A stretch of 64,000 nucleotides of DNA from Rhodoluna sp. (GTDB lineage Bacteria; Actinomycetota; Actinomycetes; Actinomycetales; Microbacteriaceae). Shown piece after piece: positions 9,219-17,896 of this stretch (positions within the stretch are counted from its first letter, which is position 1; every line of letters starts with the position of its first letter). Position numbers and translations under genes: made by a program. The stretch lies in the NCBI RefSeq assembly GCF_024639375.1, contig NZ_JAHEIM010000003.1, forward strand, positions 19,512-83,511, written 5' to 3'. The notes beneath the pieces were generated by a model, which saw nothing but the letters and a program-made list of their open reading frames with translations, was not told where the DNA came from and did not search any database.

Positions 9219-10735
9219 AAGTTACGCATCCAGCGCAACATGGTTTTCATAAGTGGAGCCATGCGCTCGTAATCTTTGCCGCGAGTTGGCAACTTTAGGA
9301 AACCAGCAGCAATGCCAATTGATTTGGCTTCGGTGAATCGCAATAAACCACCTTCGCCATTTCTGCGACCCTGACCCGAAGTCTTCATGCCGCCCATTGG
9401 TGATTCCATCGATGCAAAGCTGGCTCGAAAACCTTCATTGATATTCACGCTGCCGGCCATAAGTTTCTCGGCAACGCGCAGGGCATCTTTTTTGGGGCCC
9501 ACTACGGATGCGTTCAATCCGTAGTCAGTATCGTTGGCCCACTCGATTGCGGTATCGATTTCGTCGTAGCCTTCAACATCAACCACTGGGCCGAATACTT
9601 CTTGACGACTCATGCGAGCAGCTGCTTTAACATCTGTCACCACAGTAGGTGCATAGAAATATGGACCCACTTCGGGCAGCGACTTGCCGCCGGCAACAAT
9701 CGTGGCACCTTTATCAACGGCGTCGTTCACGAAACCCTGCACACGCTGAAGTTGGTTGTAGCCAGTGAGGCTGCCAACGTCGATGCTGTAGTCACTCGAG
9801 CGACCAACCAGCAGGCTCTCGGTTTTTTGCTTGAGCTGCTGCAAGAATTCGGACTTCATGCTGTTTGGCACATAGATGCGTTCGATTGCAACGCATAGTT
9901 GACCAGCAGAACCAAACGAACCGGCCAGTGCAATTTCAGCGGCCTTCTTTGGGTCAGCCCCAGGCAAAACAATCATCGGGTTCTTGCCGCCCAGCTCAAG
10001 CGCGCAACCAATCAGTCGGCTGGCCGCACGTTCGGCAACCTTGCGACCAGTCGCGGTCGAACCAGTGAAAGCAATGTAATCAACCTGATCGGTGATTGAA
10101 TTTCCAACCACCTCGCCGTCGCCTGCTACAACCTGCCATAGTTTTTCGGGTAGACCGGCTTCAATGGCCAGGTGGCGTGCAAACAACACTGTGAGTGCGG
10201 CCTGGTTATCGGCTTTTTGAACCACGGCGTTGCCGGCAGCAAGTGCGGGCAGAACATCGAGCATCGTCAAAGCCAGGGGATAGTTCCAGGGTGTGATGAC
10301 TCCCACTAAGCCAACCGGCACGTGGTCAACAAAAGTCTTAGTTAGAAATGGAACACCGGCACGAACGCGTTTGCGGGCAAGTGTTTTGCGCGCAATCTTT
10401 GCGTAGTAGCGAGCCGCGCCAATTGCACCAGCGGTCTCTTCGAATGCGTGCGCACGAGACTTGCCGGTTTCAAGTTGCAATAGGTCGAGCAGTTTGGCCT
10501 CGTTAGCCAACAGTTCATCATGAAGTCGATAAAGAATTTGTGAACGAAGCACCACAGGCACGGCTTGCCAATCAAGTTGCGCAGCTTTTGCGCTTTGCAC
10601 AGCGCGTTCAACATCAACGGTGGTTAGTTGCGGCAGGTCATAAATCTTTTTTGAATTCGACGGGTTAATCACCGGCACCGTTGCGCCGCCACTAGGCAGG
10701 TGTGCAACTAGGGATGCAATGCTGGTTTCGCTCAT
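9215..10735 (-). CDS. NAD(P)-dependent aldehyde dehydrogenase (GabD2/succinate-semialdehyde dehydrogenase-like)
   Basis: ALDH motifs LELGGKNP and FGSAGQLCVAIER (catalytic Glu and Cys). The substrate assignment is inference only. Confidence 0.85.
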   Translation of the reverse strand: MSETSIASLVAHLPSGGATVPVINPSNSKKIYDLPQLTTVDVERAVQSAKAAQLDWQAVPVVLRSQILYRLHDELLANEAKLLDLLQLETGKSRAHAFEETAGAIGAARYYAKIARKTLARKRVRAGVPFLTKTFVDHVPVGLVGVITPWNYPLALTMLDVLPALAAGNAVVQKADNQAALTVLFARHLAIEAGLPEKLWQVVAGDGEVVGNSITDQVDYIAFTGSTATGRKVAERAASRLIGCALELGGKNPMIVLPGADPKKAAEIALAGSFGSAGQLCVAIERIYVPNSMKSEFLQQLKQKTESLLVGRSSDYSIDVGSLTGYNQLQRVQGFVNDAVDKGATIVAGGKSLPEVGPYFYAPTVVTDVKAAARMSRQEVFGPVVDVEGYDEIDTAIEWANDTDYGLNASVVGPKKDALRVAEKLMAGSVNINEGFRASFASMESPMGGMKTSGQGRRNGEGGLLRFTEAKSIGIAAGFLKLPTRGKDYERMAPLMKTMLRWMRNF

Positions 10736-11814
10736 AGGCTAACCCTAAGCTTTTTGCCCGCCAGGCCAATCTTGTCGCTTGAAATTTTTTCGGCAACCTG
10801 AATAATCGCTGCGGCAGCTGGGTCATTCGGATTCGTGATGACAACAGGTGCCCCAGCATCTGAGCCTTCACGAAGCGCGATGCTGATTGGCACTTGGCCA
10901 AGCACCGGCACTGCAGTGTTGCTTAGCGCGCTGAGCCGAGCTGCAACAGCTGAGCCGCCGCCGGCACCAAAAAGTTCAAACTTGCTGCCATCTGGTTGCA
11001 CCAACCAGGCCATGTTTTCGATCACGCCAAAAACCGACTGGCCAGTTTGTAATCCAACCGAGCCACTTCGCTCGGCAACTTCGGCGGCAGCAACCTGCGG
11101 TGTGGTCACCACGATTGATTTTGCCGTTGGCAGCAACTGACCCAGGCTGATGGCTACGTCACCGGTGCCCGGTGGTAGGTCAACCAAAAGAAAATCTAGG
11201 TCGCCCCAATAAACATCGGTAAGAAATTGCTGAACGGCACGGTGCAACATTGGCCCACGCCAAGCAACCGGTTTGTTGTCGTCTAAGAACATGCCGATCG
11301 AAATCACTTTTACGCCGAATGCCACCGGCGGCAAAATCATCTCATCAACCTGGGTTGGCTTAGCCGTTATGCCCAACTGACCAGGGATTGAGAAACCAAA
11401 GATGTCGGCATCAACCAGGCCAACCCGAAAACCTTTTTCGGCTAGTGCAACGGCAAGGTTGGCCGTCACCGAAGACTTGCCCACGCCGCCTTTGCCAGAG
11501 CCCACCAAATAGATTCGAGTAAGAGTGTCTTTGTCGAACGGGTTTTGGCGAGGTGGGCGACCGTCACGAAGTTTTTCTTTAAGGGCATCACGTTCGGCTT
11601 GAGTCATTACCGACATCGTCACCGTGGCATCGAAATCTTCGAGTGCCTTGCGAACGTCTGCCTCAATGCGATCGGCGGCCGGGCAACCAACCACCGTGAG
11701 TTTGATTGTCACTTGGTTATCGACCACATCAACCATGTCTAGGTCGGTAATCGGCAATCGAAGTTCTGGGTCAATAACTTTTGCGAGTGCTTGCTTAATC
11801 TCGCTTGCGGTCAT
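10732..11814 (-). CDS. mrp: Mrp/ApbC-type Fe-S cluster carrier ATPase
   Basis: N-terminal DUF59-like domain and deviant Walker A GSGKGGVGKSS. ATGA overlap with the downstream ALDH. Confidence 0.9.
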   Translation of the reverse strand: MTASEIKQALAKVIDPELRLPITDLDMVDVVDNQVTIKLTVVGCPAADRIEADVRKALEDFDATVTMSVMTQAERDALKEKLRDGRPPRQNPFDKDTLTRIYLVGSGKGGVGKSSVTANLAVALAEKGFRVGLVDADIFGFSIPGQLGITAKPTQVDEMILPPVAFGVKVISIGMFLDDNKPVAWRGPMLHRAVQQFLTDVYWGDLDFLLVDLPPGTGDVAISLGQLLPTAKSIVVTTPQVAAAEVAERSGSVGLQTGQSVFGVIENMAWLVQPDGSKFELFGAGGGSAVAARLSALSNTAVPVLGQVPISIALREGSDAGAPVVITNPNDPAAAAIIQVAEKISSDKIGLAGKKLRVSL

Positions 11815-12289
11815 CCAAAATTTCTTTCAGCAAATCGCGCAATTCATCGCGCACAAAATCCTTTGTTGCCATCTCTTCAAGAGCCAATCGCAGTGCAACA
11901 ACTTCGCGGGCCAAATATTCGGTGTCGGCAAGGTTGCGTTCGGCACGTTGACGATCTTGTTCAAACTTCACGCGGTCGCGGTCATCTTGGCGGTTTTGAG
12001 CCAACAAAATAAGTGGCGCTGCATAAGAAGCCTGCATCGAAAGAATCAAAGTCAACAAAGTGAAGTTGGTGGCACGCGGGTCAAACTGAATTGATTCAGG
12101 TGCGAACACGTTCCAGGCAAGCCAAATTGCCACGATGATGGTCATGCCAATTAGGAATGCACCGGTGCCCATTGCACGAGCAAAAGTTTCTGAGGCCCGG
12201 CCAAAGCGCTCTTGGTCGATGGTGAACTTTGGCACGAAGCGTGAGCCAGGTGTCATAGGTGAGTCAAGGCGATTACGTTTGCTAGCCAT
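11795..12289 (-). CDS. DUF1003 membrane protein (2 TM plus C-terminal coiled coil)
   Basis: Signature LLTLILSMQASYAAPLILLAQNRQDDRD. Its stop overlaps the mrp start by 20 nt. Confidence 0.8.
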   Translation of the reverse strand: MASKRNRLDSPMTPGSRFVPKFTIDQERFGRASETFARAMGTGAFLIGMTIIVAIWLAWNVFAPESIQFDPRATNFTLLTLILSMQASYAAPLILLAQNRQDDRDRVKFEQDRQRAERNLADTEYLAREVVALRLALEEMATKDFVRDELRDLLKEILDDRKRD

Positions 12290-13530
12290 TAGCGCACCTC
12301 TTCGCCGGCGCGCCAGTCATCTGGCAACAAGTGGTCGAGCACGTCATCCACCGTGACCACGCCAATGAGACGGTTTTCGTCATCAACTACAGGCAAGGCA
12401 ACCAAGTTGTAGTTAGCAAAGGTTCGGTGAATCTCAGCAATGTGAGTGTCAGCCTTGACCGGCTCAAGTTCGGTGTCTAGAAGTGAAGCTAGGCGCTCGT
12501 GCGGTGGGTAGCGCAACATCTTCTGAAAGTGCACGGTTCCCAAGTAGCGACCGGTTGCAGTTTCATATGGCGGCAAGGTAACAAATACCGAGGCGGCAAG
12601 CACCGGTGAAATTTCCTTGCGGCGAATCAAAGCCATGGCTTCGGCCACGGTGGCATCCGCAGCACAAATGATTGGTTCGGTGGTCATCAAACCACCGGCG
12701 GTGAACTCGTCGAACTGCATCAACATACGAATGTCGTCAGCTTCTTCTTCGTCCATCAGGTCAAGAATTTTTTCGGTGCGCTCTTCAGGCAGGTTTGCCA
12801 TCAAGTCGGCAGCGTCATCTGGTTCCATAAGGTCAAGAACTTCTGCGGCACGTTCGTCATCAAGCTCGGCGATGATGTCGATCTGCTCATCTTCTGGCAA
12901 CTCTTCAAGCACGTCGGCAAGACGCTCGTCATCGAGTTCTTCGGCTACCTCGAGCATGCGCTCGTCTGGCAAATCTAGAAGTGCGCTTGCAAGGTCGGCT
13001 GGGCGAAGTTCAGAGTAGGTTGCCAAAAGCTGTGAGGCGCTTTGCCCATCTTCACCTTTGGCTTCTTCGGTAGCTTGCTCCCAAGAGGCAAACAGGGTTG
13101 CGCCGCGAGCAAATGGAGACGCCGATGTCTTTGGTCGGCGCAAGAACAATTCAGAAACTGACCACTCAAGGTTCTTGCTCAGTTCAATAGCCACGTCTTC
13201 GATTGAGGCCTCGCCGGTGCCATCCAAGAGGCGCACTTTTCGGCCTAGCATTTCTGCAATCACGCGCACTTCTTGGCCACGCTGGGTGAAACGACGAAGA
13301 TCAATCAGGCCGGTTGTAATTACCTGACCGGCAGAAACTGCGGTAACGCGCGCAATTGGCACAAACACGCGACGGCGCCCGCTGATTTCAACCAGCATGC
13401 CGGTTACGCGGGGAGCACCGGTTTTGCGGTACAGCACAAGAACGTCGATGACTTTTCCTACGCGGTCTCCCGCTGGGTCAAAGACGCCACAGCCAGCCAA
13501 TCTGGCTACGAATACTCGGTTTGCGCTCAC
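12289..13530 (-). CDS. MgtE N-terminal domain plus CBS-pair protein lacking the MgtE channel domain (PRC-barrel-like N-terminus)
   Basis: Acidic helical MgtE_N repeats (LPDERMLEVAEELDDERLADVLEELPEDEQ...) followed by two CBS motifs. The protein ends without any TM segment. GTG start. Confidence 0.8.
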   Translation of the reverse strand: MSANRVFVARLAGCGVFDPAGDRVGKVIDVLVLYRKTGAPRVTGMLVEISGRRRVFVPIARVTAVSAGQVITTGLIDLRRFTQRGQEVRVIAEMLGRKVRLLDGTGEASIEDVAIELSKNLEWSVSELFLRRPKTSASPFARGATLFASWEQATEEAKGEDGQSASQLLATYSELRPADLASALLDLPDERMLEVAEELDDERLADVLEELPEDEQIDIIAELDDERAAEVLDLMEPDDAADLMANLPEERTEKILDLMDEEEADDIRMLMQFDEFTAGGLMTTEPIICAADATVAEAMALIRRKEISPVLAASVFVTLPPYETATGRYLGTVHFQKMLRYPPHERLASLLDTELEPVKADTHIAEIHRTFANYNLVALPVVDDENRLIGVVTVDDVLDHLLPDDWRAGEEVR

Positions 13531-13536
13531 CCTACA

Positions 13537-13542
13537 ACCTTA
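13537..13542 (-). promoter_or_regulatory. -10 box TAAGGT placed for a leaderless MgtE-N/CBS transcript
   Basis: Minus strand reads TAAGGT-tgtagg-GTG(13530), 6-nt spacer. Confidence 0.45.
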
Positions 13543-13575
13543 GACGAGCCCTTGAGGGTATGCCAGAATGGGCTA

Positions 13576-14076
13576 ATGCCTACCAGTCGTCGCAATCTAT
13601 CGCGCAGCACACCAGTTATGCCTCAGGGTGAGGTTGTTGCCGAATTCGCGCAGTACCTCGAAGCCACTCAATTCGTTGAGAAACTTATCCGTCAGAATTT
13701 TCCGGCGGGGGCAATCGCAATCGTGGGCTCAGACCTTCGCACCGTCGAACGCATCCGAGGAAAGCTTTCGTATGCGCGCCTTGCCCTTGGTGGAGCCATC
13801 ACCGGTTCATGGCTTGGTTTGATTTATGGAATTCTGTTTGCCGGAACCGCTTCGGGGGCCGACGTTATGGACCCAGCGCAATACACCGGACTGATGCAGG
13901 CAATCGTGGTTGGCGCCGGCATTGGAATGCTGTTCAACGTGATTCGTTTCAGCATGAGCAAAAACAAACGCGGATTCGTAAGCCAGTCATCGGTTGTTGC
14001 TTCGAAATATCAGGTGCAGGTGCCGGCTGGGCTAAGCGCTCAGGCCAAAGAAGCGGCCGCAGTTAACGAAGCCTAG
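13576..14076 (+). CDS. membrane protein with general-stress (YflT-like) N-terminal domain
   Basis: Soluble N-terminal domain (EFAQYLEATQFVEKL) plus two glycine-rich TM helices. The ORF-track start at 13273 overlaps the neighbour, so I trimmed to ATG 13576. Confidence 0.55.
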   Translation: MPTSRRNLSRSTPVMPQGEVVAEFAQYLEATQFVEKLIRQNFPAGAIAIVGSDLRTVERIRGKLSYARLALGGAITGSWLGLIYGILFAGTASGADVMDPAQYTGLMQAIVVGAGIGMLFNVIRFSMSKNKRGFVSQSSVVASKYQVQVPAGLSAQAKEAAAVNEA

Positions 14077-14092
14077 TTTTGGCAAGCCTCCG

Positions 14093-15451
14093 CTAGTTTT
14101 GGTGGCTAATTACCCAAGCTTCAAGCTCTTCAACCTTGCGCGGCAATGCTGCGGATAGGTTCTCGACGCCGTCTGCGGTAACCAGAACATCATCTTCAAT
14201 GCGCACGCCGATTCCGCGATATTCTTCGGGAACCATCAAGTCATCCGCGTGAAAATACAAACCTGGTTCGATTGTGAAAACCATACCTGGCTGCAATTCG
14301 GCTTCGAGATACATTTCTTTGCGTGCTTGCTGACAGTCGTGAACATCTAGACCAAGGTGATGGCTGGTGCCGTGAACCATCCAGCGACGGTGCAGTTGAT
14401 TTTCTTCTTGCAAAGACTCTTCGGCGCTCATGTCAATCAGGCCCCACTCGCTAACTTTGCGGGCAATTACCGCCATGGCAGCAGCGTGAACATCTTTGAA
14501 CTTCACACCGGATTTAGCCACTGCAAAAGCGGCATCGGCGGCTTCAAGCACTGCCTCGTAAATCTTCTTTTGAATCGGTGAGAACTTGCCGTTGATTGGC
14601 AAGGTGCGAGTGATGTCTGCGGTGTAAAGACTGTCTAGCTCAACACCGGCATCAACCAAGATCAGATCACCTTCGTGCACAGCGCCGTCATTGTTGGTCC
14701 AGTGCAAAATGCAAGCGTGTGCGCCCGAGGCTGCAATTGTGTCGTAGCCCAGATTGTTGCCGTGAATTCGGGCCTGCGAATAAAAGGCAGTTTCAACAAC
14801 GCGCTCGCCGCGTTCGTGCAAAGTGGCATCAACCAGATTGCGAGCAACCGCTTCAAAACCCTTGATCGATGCAGCCACGGCGCTGCGCATCTCGCTAATT
14901 TCGTACTCATCTTTAACCAAGCGCAATTCAGATACAAACTGAGCGACTTCTTCGTCTTCGAGAGATTTTGCTTTGGCATCGCCGATGAAAGCTTCAAGTT
15001 CGCTAAGCGGCTTGGTCTCAATATCTAGCAGCGCAGCAACCTGACTCAGAGTTGGTCGCGCACCCACCCAGAATTCACCAATTGCAGCGTTGGCAAAGAA
15101 TTCTTCGCTGTCGCGACCCGCGGTTGGGCTAAAAAACAAGATCGAGTTGGTTGCAGTTGTTCTTGCATCGATCACCAAAACCGAATCGGCCACAGTTTGC
15201 GAACCCCAACCAGTTAGATGGGCAAAGGCTGAGTGAGCGCGATACATGTAGTCGGTGTCGTTTGATCGCACCTTGGTAGCGCCGGCTTCAATCAGAATCA
15301 GCTCGCCCGCGAATTGCTTGGCAACTGCCTGGCGACGTGAACTGGCAAACGGGGCAACGGCAGAAACTTCAGGCAAGTTATTGGCGCGATCTGCCCAGTT
15401 TGAGCCGATGTACTTCAAAAATTTCTCGCTGTGCGGGGTTCGGCTCCTCAT
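14093..15451 (-). CDS. Xaa-Pro aminopeptidase (M24B, aminopeptidase P family)
   Basis: M24 metal-ligand motifs (DAGVELDSLYTADITRT, HGTSHHLGLDVHD, EPGLY). Confidence 0.88.
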   Translation of the reverse strand: MRSRTPHSEKFLKYIGSNWADRANNLPEVSAVAPFASSRRQAVAKQFAGELILIEAGATKVRSNDTDYMYRAHSAFAHLTGWGSQTVADSVLVIDARTTATNSILFFSPTAGRDSEEFFANAAIGEFWVGARPTLSQVAALLDIETKPLSELEAFIGDAKAKSLEDEEVAQFVSELRLVKDEYEISEMRSAVAASIKGFEAVARNLVDATLHERGERVVETAFYSQARIHGNNLGYDTIAASGAHACILHWTNNDGAVHEGDLILVDAGVELDSLYTADITRTLPINGKFSPIQKKIYEAVLEAADAAFAVAKSGVKFKDVHAAAMAVIARKVSEWGLIDMSAEESLQEENQLHRRWMVHGTSHHLGLDVHDCQQARKEMYLEAELQPGMVFTIEPGLYFHADDLMVPEEYRGIGVRIEDDVLVTADGVENLSAALPRKVEELEAWVISHQN

Positions 15452-15456
15452 CCCTT

Positions 15457-15462
15457 TATTCT
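15457..15462 (+). promoter_or_regulatory. -10 box TATTCT placed for a leaderless PHP-gene transcript
   Basis: TATTCT-ggcact-ATG(15469). The box lies in the 17-bp gap between divergent start codons. Confidence 0.45.
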
Positions 15463-15468
15463 GGCACT

Positions 15469-16353
15469 ATGTCTTCAATTGATTTGCACAGCCACTCCAC
15501 AAGGTCAGACGGCAAAGAGTCGCCTACCGAAGTGTTTGAGCACGCTGCTGCTGCGGGGGTTGACATTCTTGCGCTCACCGATCACGACACCACAAGCGGT
15601 TGGTCTGAGGCTGCTGAAGCAGCTGCCCGATTGGGCATCGGTTTTGTTCCGGGCATCGAAGTCACCACGCGTGCCAAAGTGCAGAGAGAATCACGAACTC
15701 ACTTCATTAGTGTGCACATGCTGGCCTACTTGCCAGACCCGCACAACCAGGCGCTGTTGACCGAGCTAAATGAAACGTTGGGGTCACGCGAAATTCGCGC
15801 GCAAAAAATCGTAGACAAGCTCTCGGTTGATTTTGATATCACTTGGGCGATGGTTTTAGAAACTCTGCAAGAGGGTGCAACCATTGGTCGCCCGGCAATT
15901 GCCGATGCTCTTGTGAAACTTGGTGTGGTTGCCGATCGAACCGAAGCGTTTCATGGCCCGCTACATAAATCCGAAAAATATTATGTGGCCACGGATACCA
16001 CCGACACCATCGATGCCATCAAACTCATTTTGAATGCCGGGGGAGTGCCAATAATTGCGCACCCACTTGGCGGCGCCAAAGATAATTTGTCACGCGGGGA
16101 TCTGCCCGAAGAACACTTTGAGCAATTGATTGATGCAGGGCTTGCCGGGTTCGAGGTTTATCACCGTGAAGTTCCCGAAGTGGCTCGGGAATGGTTGCGC
16201 ATCTTGGCGCACAAGCACGATTTGATCATCACTGGTTCAAGCGATTACCACGGCATTCATGGCAAGCCGAATCGTCTTGGCGAGAACACCACACCGCCCG
16301 AGATGCTCGACCGCATTCTTACGGCCGGCACTGGGGCTAAGGCAATTCTTTAG
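15469..16353 (+). CDS. PHP-domain metal-dependent phosphoesterase (TrpH/YciV-like)
   Basis: MSSIDLHSHSTRSDG start and LTDHDT motif. The ORF-track start at 15337 overlaps pepP, so I trimmed. Confidence 0.85.
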   Translation: MSSIDLHSHSTRSDGKESPTEVFEHAAAAGVDILALTDHDTTSGWSEAAEAAARLGIGFVPGIEVTTRAKVQRESRTHFISVHMLAYLPDPHNQALLTELNETLGSREIRAQKIVDKLSVDFDITWAMVLETLQEGATIGRPAIADALVKLGVVADRTEAFHGPLHKSEKYYVATDTTDTIDAIKLILNAGGVPIIAHPLGGAKDNLSRGDLPEEHFEQLIDAGLAGFEVYHREVPEVAREWLRILAHKHDLIITGSSDYHGIHGKPNRLGENTTPPEMLDRILTAGTGAKAIL

Positions 16354-17822
16354 CTAGCGGTTCCGCCAGAGTTCTTGCGGGTGCGATTGCGAGTGCGTGG
16401 AGTTGCCGGACGTTTGTGTTCGCCATCGCCATGCGCAGGAGCTTCGTGACCAGCAGCCTTTTGACCCGAAGACTTGTGCGGCTGAGCGCCCTTGCCATTG
16501 CGATCGCGGGCACCGCGATTGCCTCCACCTGAGTGGTTGCGGCCCGACTGACCACCAGCACGTCCCGAGTTAGCGCGATCATTACCTGCATGACCGCTGT
16601 CGCGATCATTCCCAGGTTTCCAACCCTCAGGACGCTTGCTCTTTGCAATGCGTCCCTTGGTGCCAGCAGCGATGTTCAAATCAGAGAACAAGTGAGCTGA
16701 ACTCGAGTAAGTCTCGGTTGGGTCTGGTTGGCCAAACTCTAGAGCGGTATTGATGTGAGTCCAACGAGTTAGATCTTCCCAGTCAACAAAAGTTACGGCG
16801 ATGCCCAAACGACCAGCGCGACCGGTGCGACCAACGCGGTGCAAGTAAGCCTTTTCGTCTTCTGGAATTGTGTAGTTGATTACGTGAGTCACATCGTCAA
16901 CGTCAATTCCTCGAGCAGCAACCTCGGTGGCCACCAAAATATCTTTTTTACCCGAACGGAATGCGGTCATTGAGCGCTCGCGAGCTTCTTGAGTCATGTC
17001 GCCGTGCAATGCAGTTGCATTGAATCCGCGGTCAACTAGTTCTTCAGAAACCTTTGAAGCTTGACGCTTTGTCTTAGTGAAAATCACGGTCTTGCCGCGA
17101 CCTTCGGCCTGCAAGATGCGGCCAACCACTTCGTCTTTGTCGAGTGCGTGTGCACGATAAACAAACTGCTTGATGTCAGCTTTGGTGTGACCCTCGTCTG
17201 GGTCATTGGTGCGAATGTGCACCGGGCGGTTTTGGTACTTGCGTGCCATTGTCACGATGCTGCCTGGCATGGTTGCCGAGAACAACATGGTCTGGCGACC
17301 ATCCGGGGTGTATGCAAAAAGTTTTTCAACGTCTGGCAAGAAACCAAGGTCAAGCATTTCGTCGGCCTCATCAAGAACCATGAAACGAATGTTGCCTAGG
17401 TCTAGAAGTTTTTGCTTTGAAAGGTCAATCAAGCGACCAGGGGTGCCAACAATAACTTGGGCACCGGCGTTGATTTCGGCAACCTGCTCTTCGTATGCCT
17501 TGCCACCATAAATCGCGGCAACCATGGTTGGTCGGTTTGAGGCGGCAAGCTTCAAGTCTTCGGCTACCTGAATTGCAAGTTCACGAGTTGGCACAACAAC
17601 CAACGCTTTCGCGCCTTTTTCTGGGTTAAGACCCAGGCTCTGCAGCAATGGCAAACCAAAGCCAAAAGTTTTACCGGTTCCGGTTTTTGCCTGACCAATG
17701 ATGTCTTGGCCGGTTAGAGCAAGAGGAATCGCTTGTTCCTGAATTGGAAACGGGCTGGTGATGCCTTTGGTCTCGAGCGCATCAACGATGTCTTGATCGA
17801 TGCCTAGTTCCTTGAAATTCAA
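16350..17822 (-). CDS. DEAD-box ATP-dependent RNA helicase with Gly/Arg/Asn/His-rich C-terminal tail
   Basis: Q motif, AKTGTGKT, DEAD, SAT and HRVGRTGRAG motifs. AGGAG-cacta-TTG start. Confidence 0.93.
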   Translation of the reverse strand: MNFKELGIDQDIVDALETKGITSPFPIQEQAIPLALTGQDIIGQAKTGTGKTFGFGLPLLQSLGLNPEKGAKALVVVPTRELAIQVAEDLKLAASNRPTMVAAIYGGKAYEEQVAEINAGAQVIVGTPGRLIDLSKQKLLDLGNIRFMVLDEADEMLDLGFLPDVEKLFAYTPDGRQTMLFSATMPGSIVTMARKYQNRPVHIRTNDPDEGHTKADIKQFVYRAHALDKDEVVGRILQAEGRGKTVIFTKTKRQASKVSEELVDRGFNATALHGDMTQEARERSMTAFRSGKKDILVATEVAARGIDVDDVTHVINYTIPEDEKAYLHRVGRTGRAGRLGIAVTFVDWEDLTRWTHINTALEFGQPDPTETYSSSAHLFSDLNIAAGTKGRIAKSKRPEGWKPGNDRDSGHAGNDRANSGRAGGQSGRNHSGGGNRGARDRNGKGAQPHKSSGQKAAGHEAPAHGDGEHKRPATPRTRNRTRKNSGGTAS

Positions 17823-17883
17823 TAGTGCTCCTATGTCTTGACCAGTCTAGTCATCGCAAAATGGCACTTCTCAGGATGGCGGG

Positions 17884-17889
17884 TATCCT
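17884..17889 (+). promoter_or_regulatory. -10 box TATCCT placed for a leaderless ferritin-like gene transcript
   Basis: TATCCT-tatctct-GTG(17897). Confidence 0.35.
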
Positions 17890-17896
17890 TATCTCT

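Noticed and set aside
12617-13018. 133-aa Ser-rich plus-strand ORF antisense to the MgtE_N acidic domain
   Set aside because: The GAx/GAC-rich acidic coding sequence reads as Ser/Ala/Arg on the opposite strand. This is a compositional artefact with no SD or promoter.
13531-13575. Mg2+ (M-box) riboswitch upstream of the MgtE-like gene, and a T-box upstream of argS (39601-39732)
   Set aside because: The leaders are 45 nt (in fact probably leaderless) and about 65 nt after the terminator. That is far too short for either RNA class, and I saw no specifier or T-box sequence or M-box helices.
14071-14102. 10-nt direct repeat CTAGTTTTGG occurring twice (14073-14082 and 14093-14102) at the convergent junction of the YflT-like gene and the aminopeptidase gene
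   Set aside because: Each copy simply contains the stop codon of one of the two genes. It is too short and isolated to call a repeat element, and no hairpin is present.
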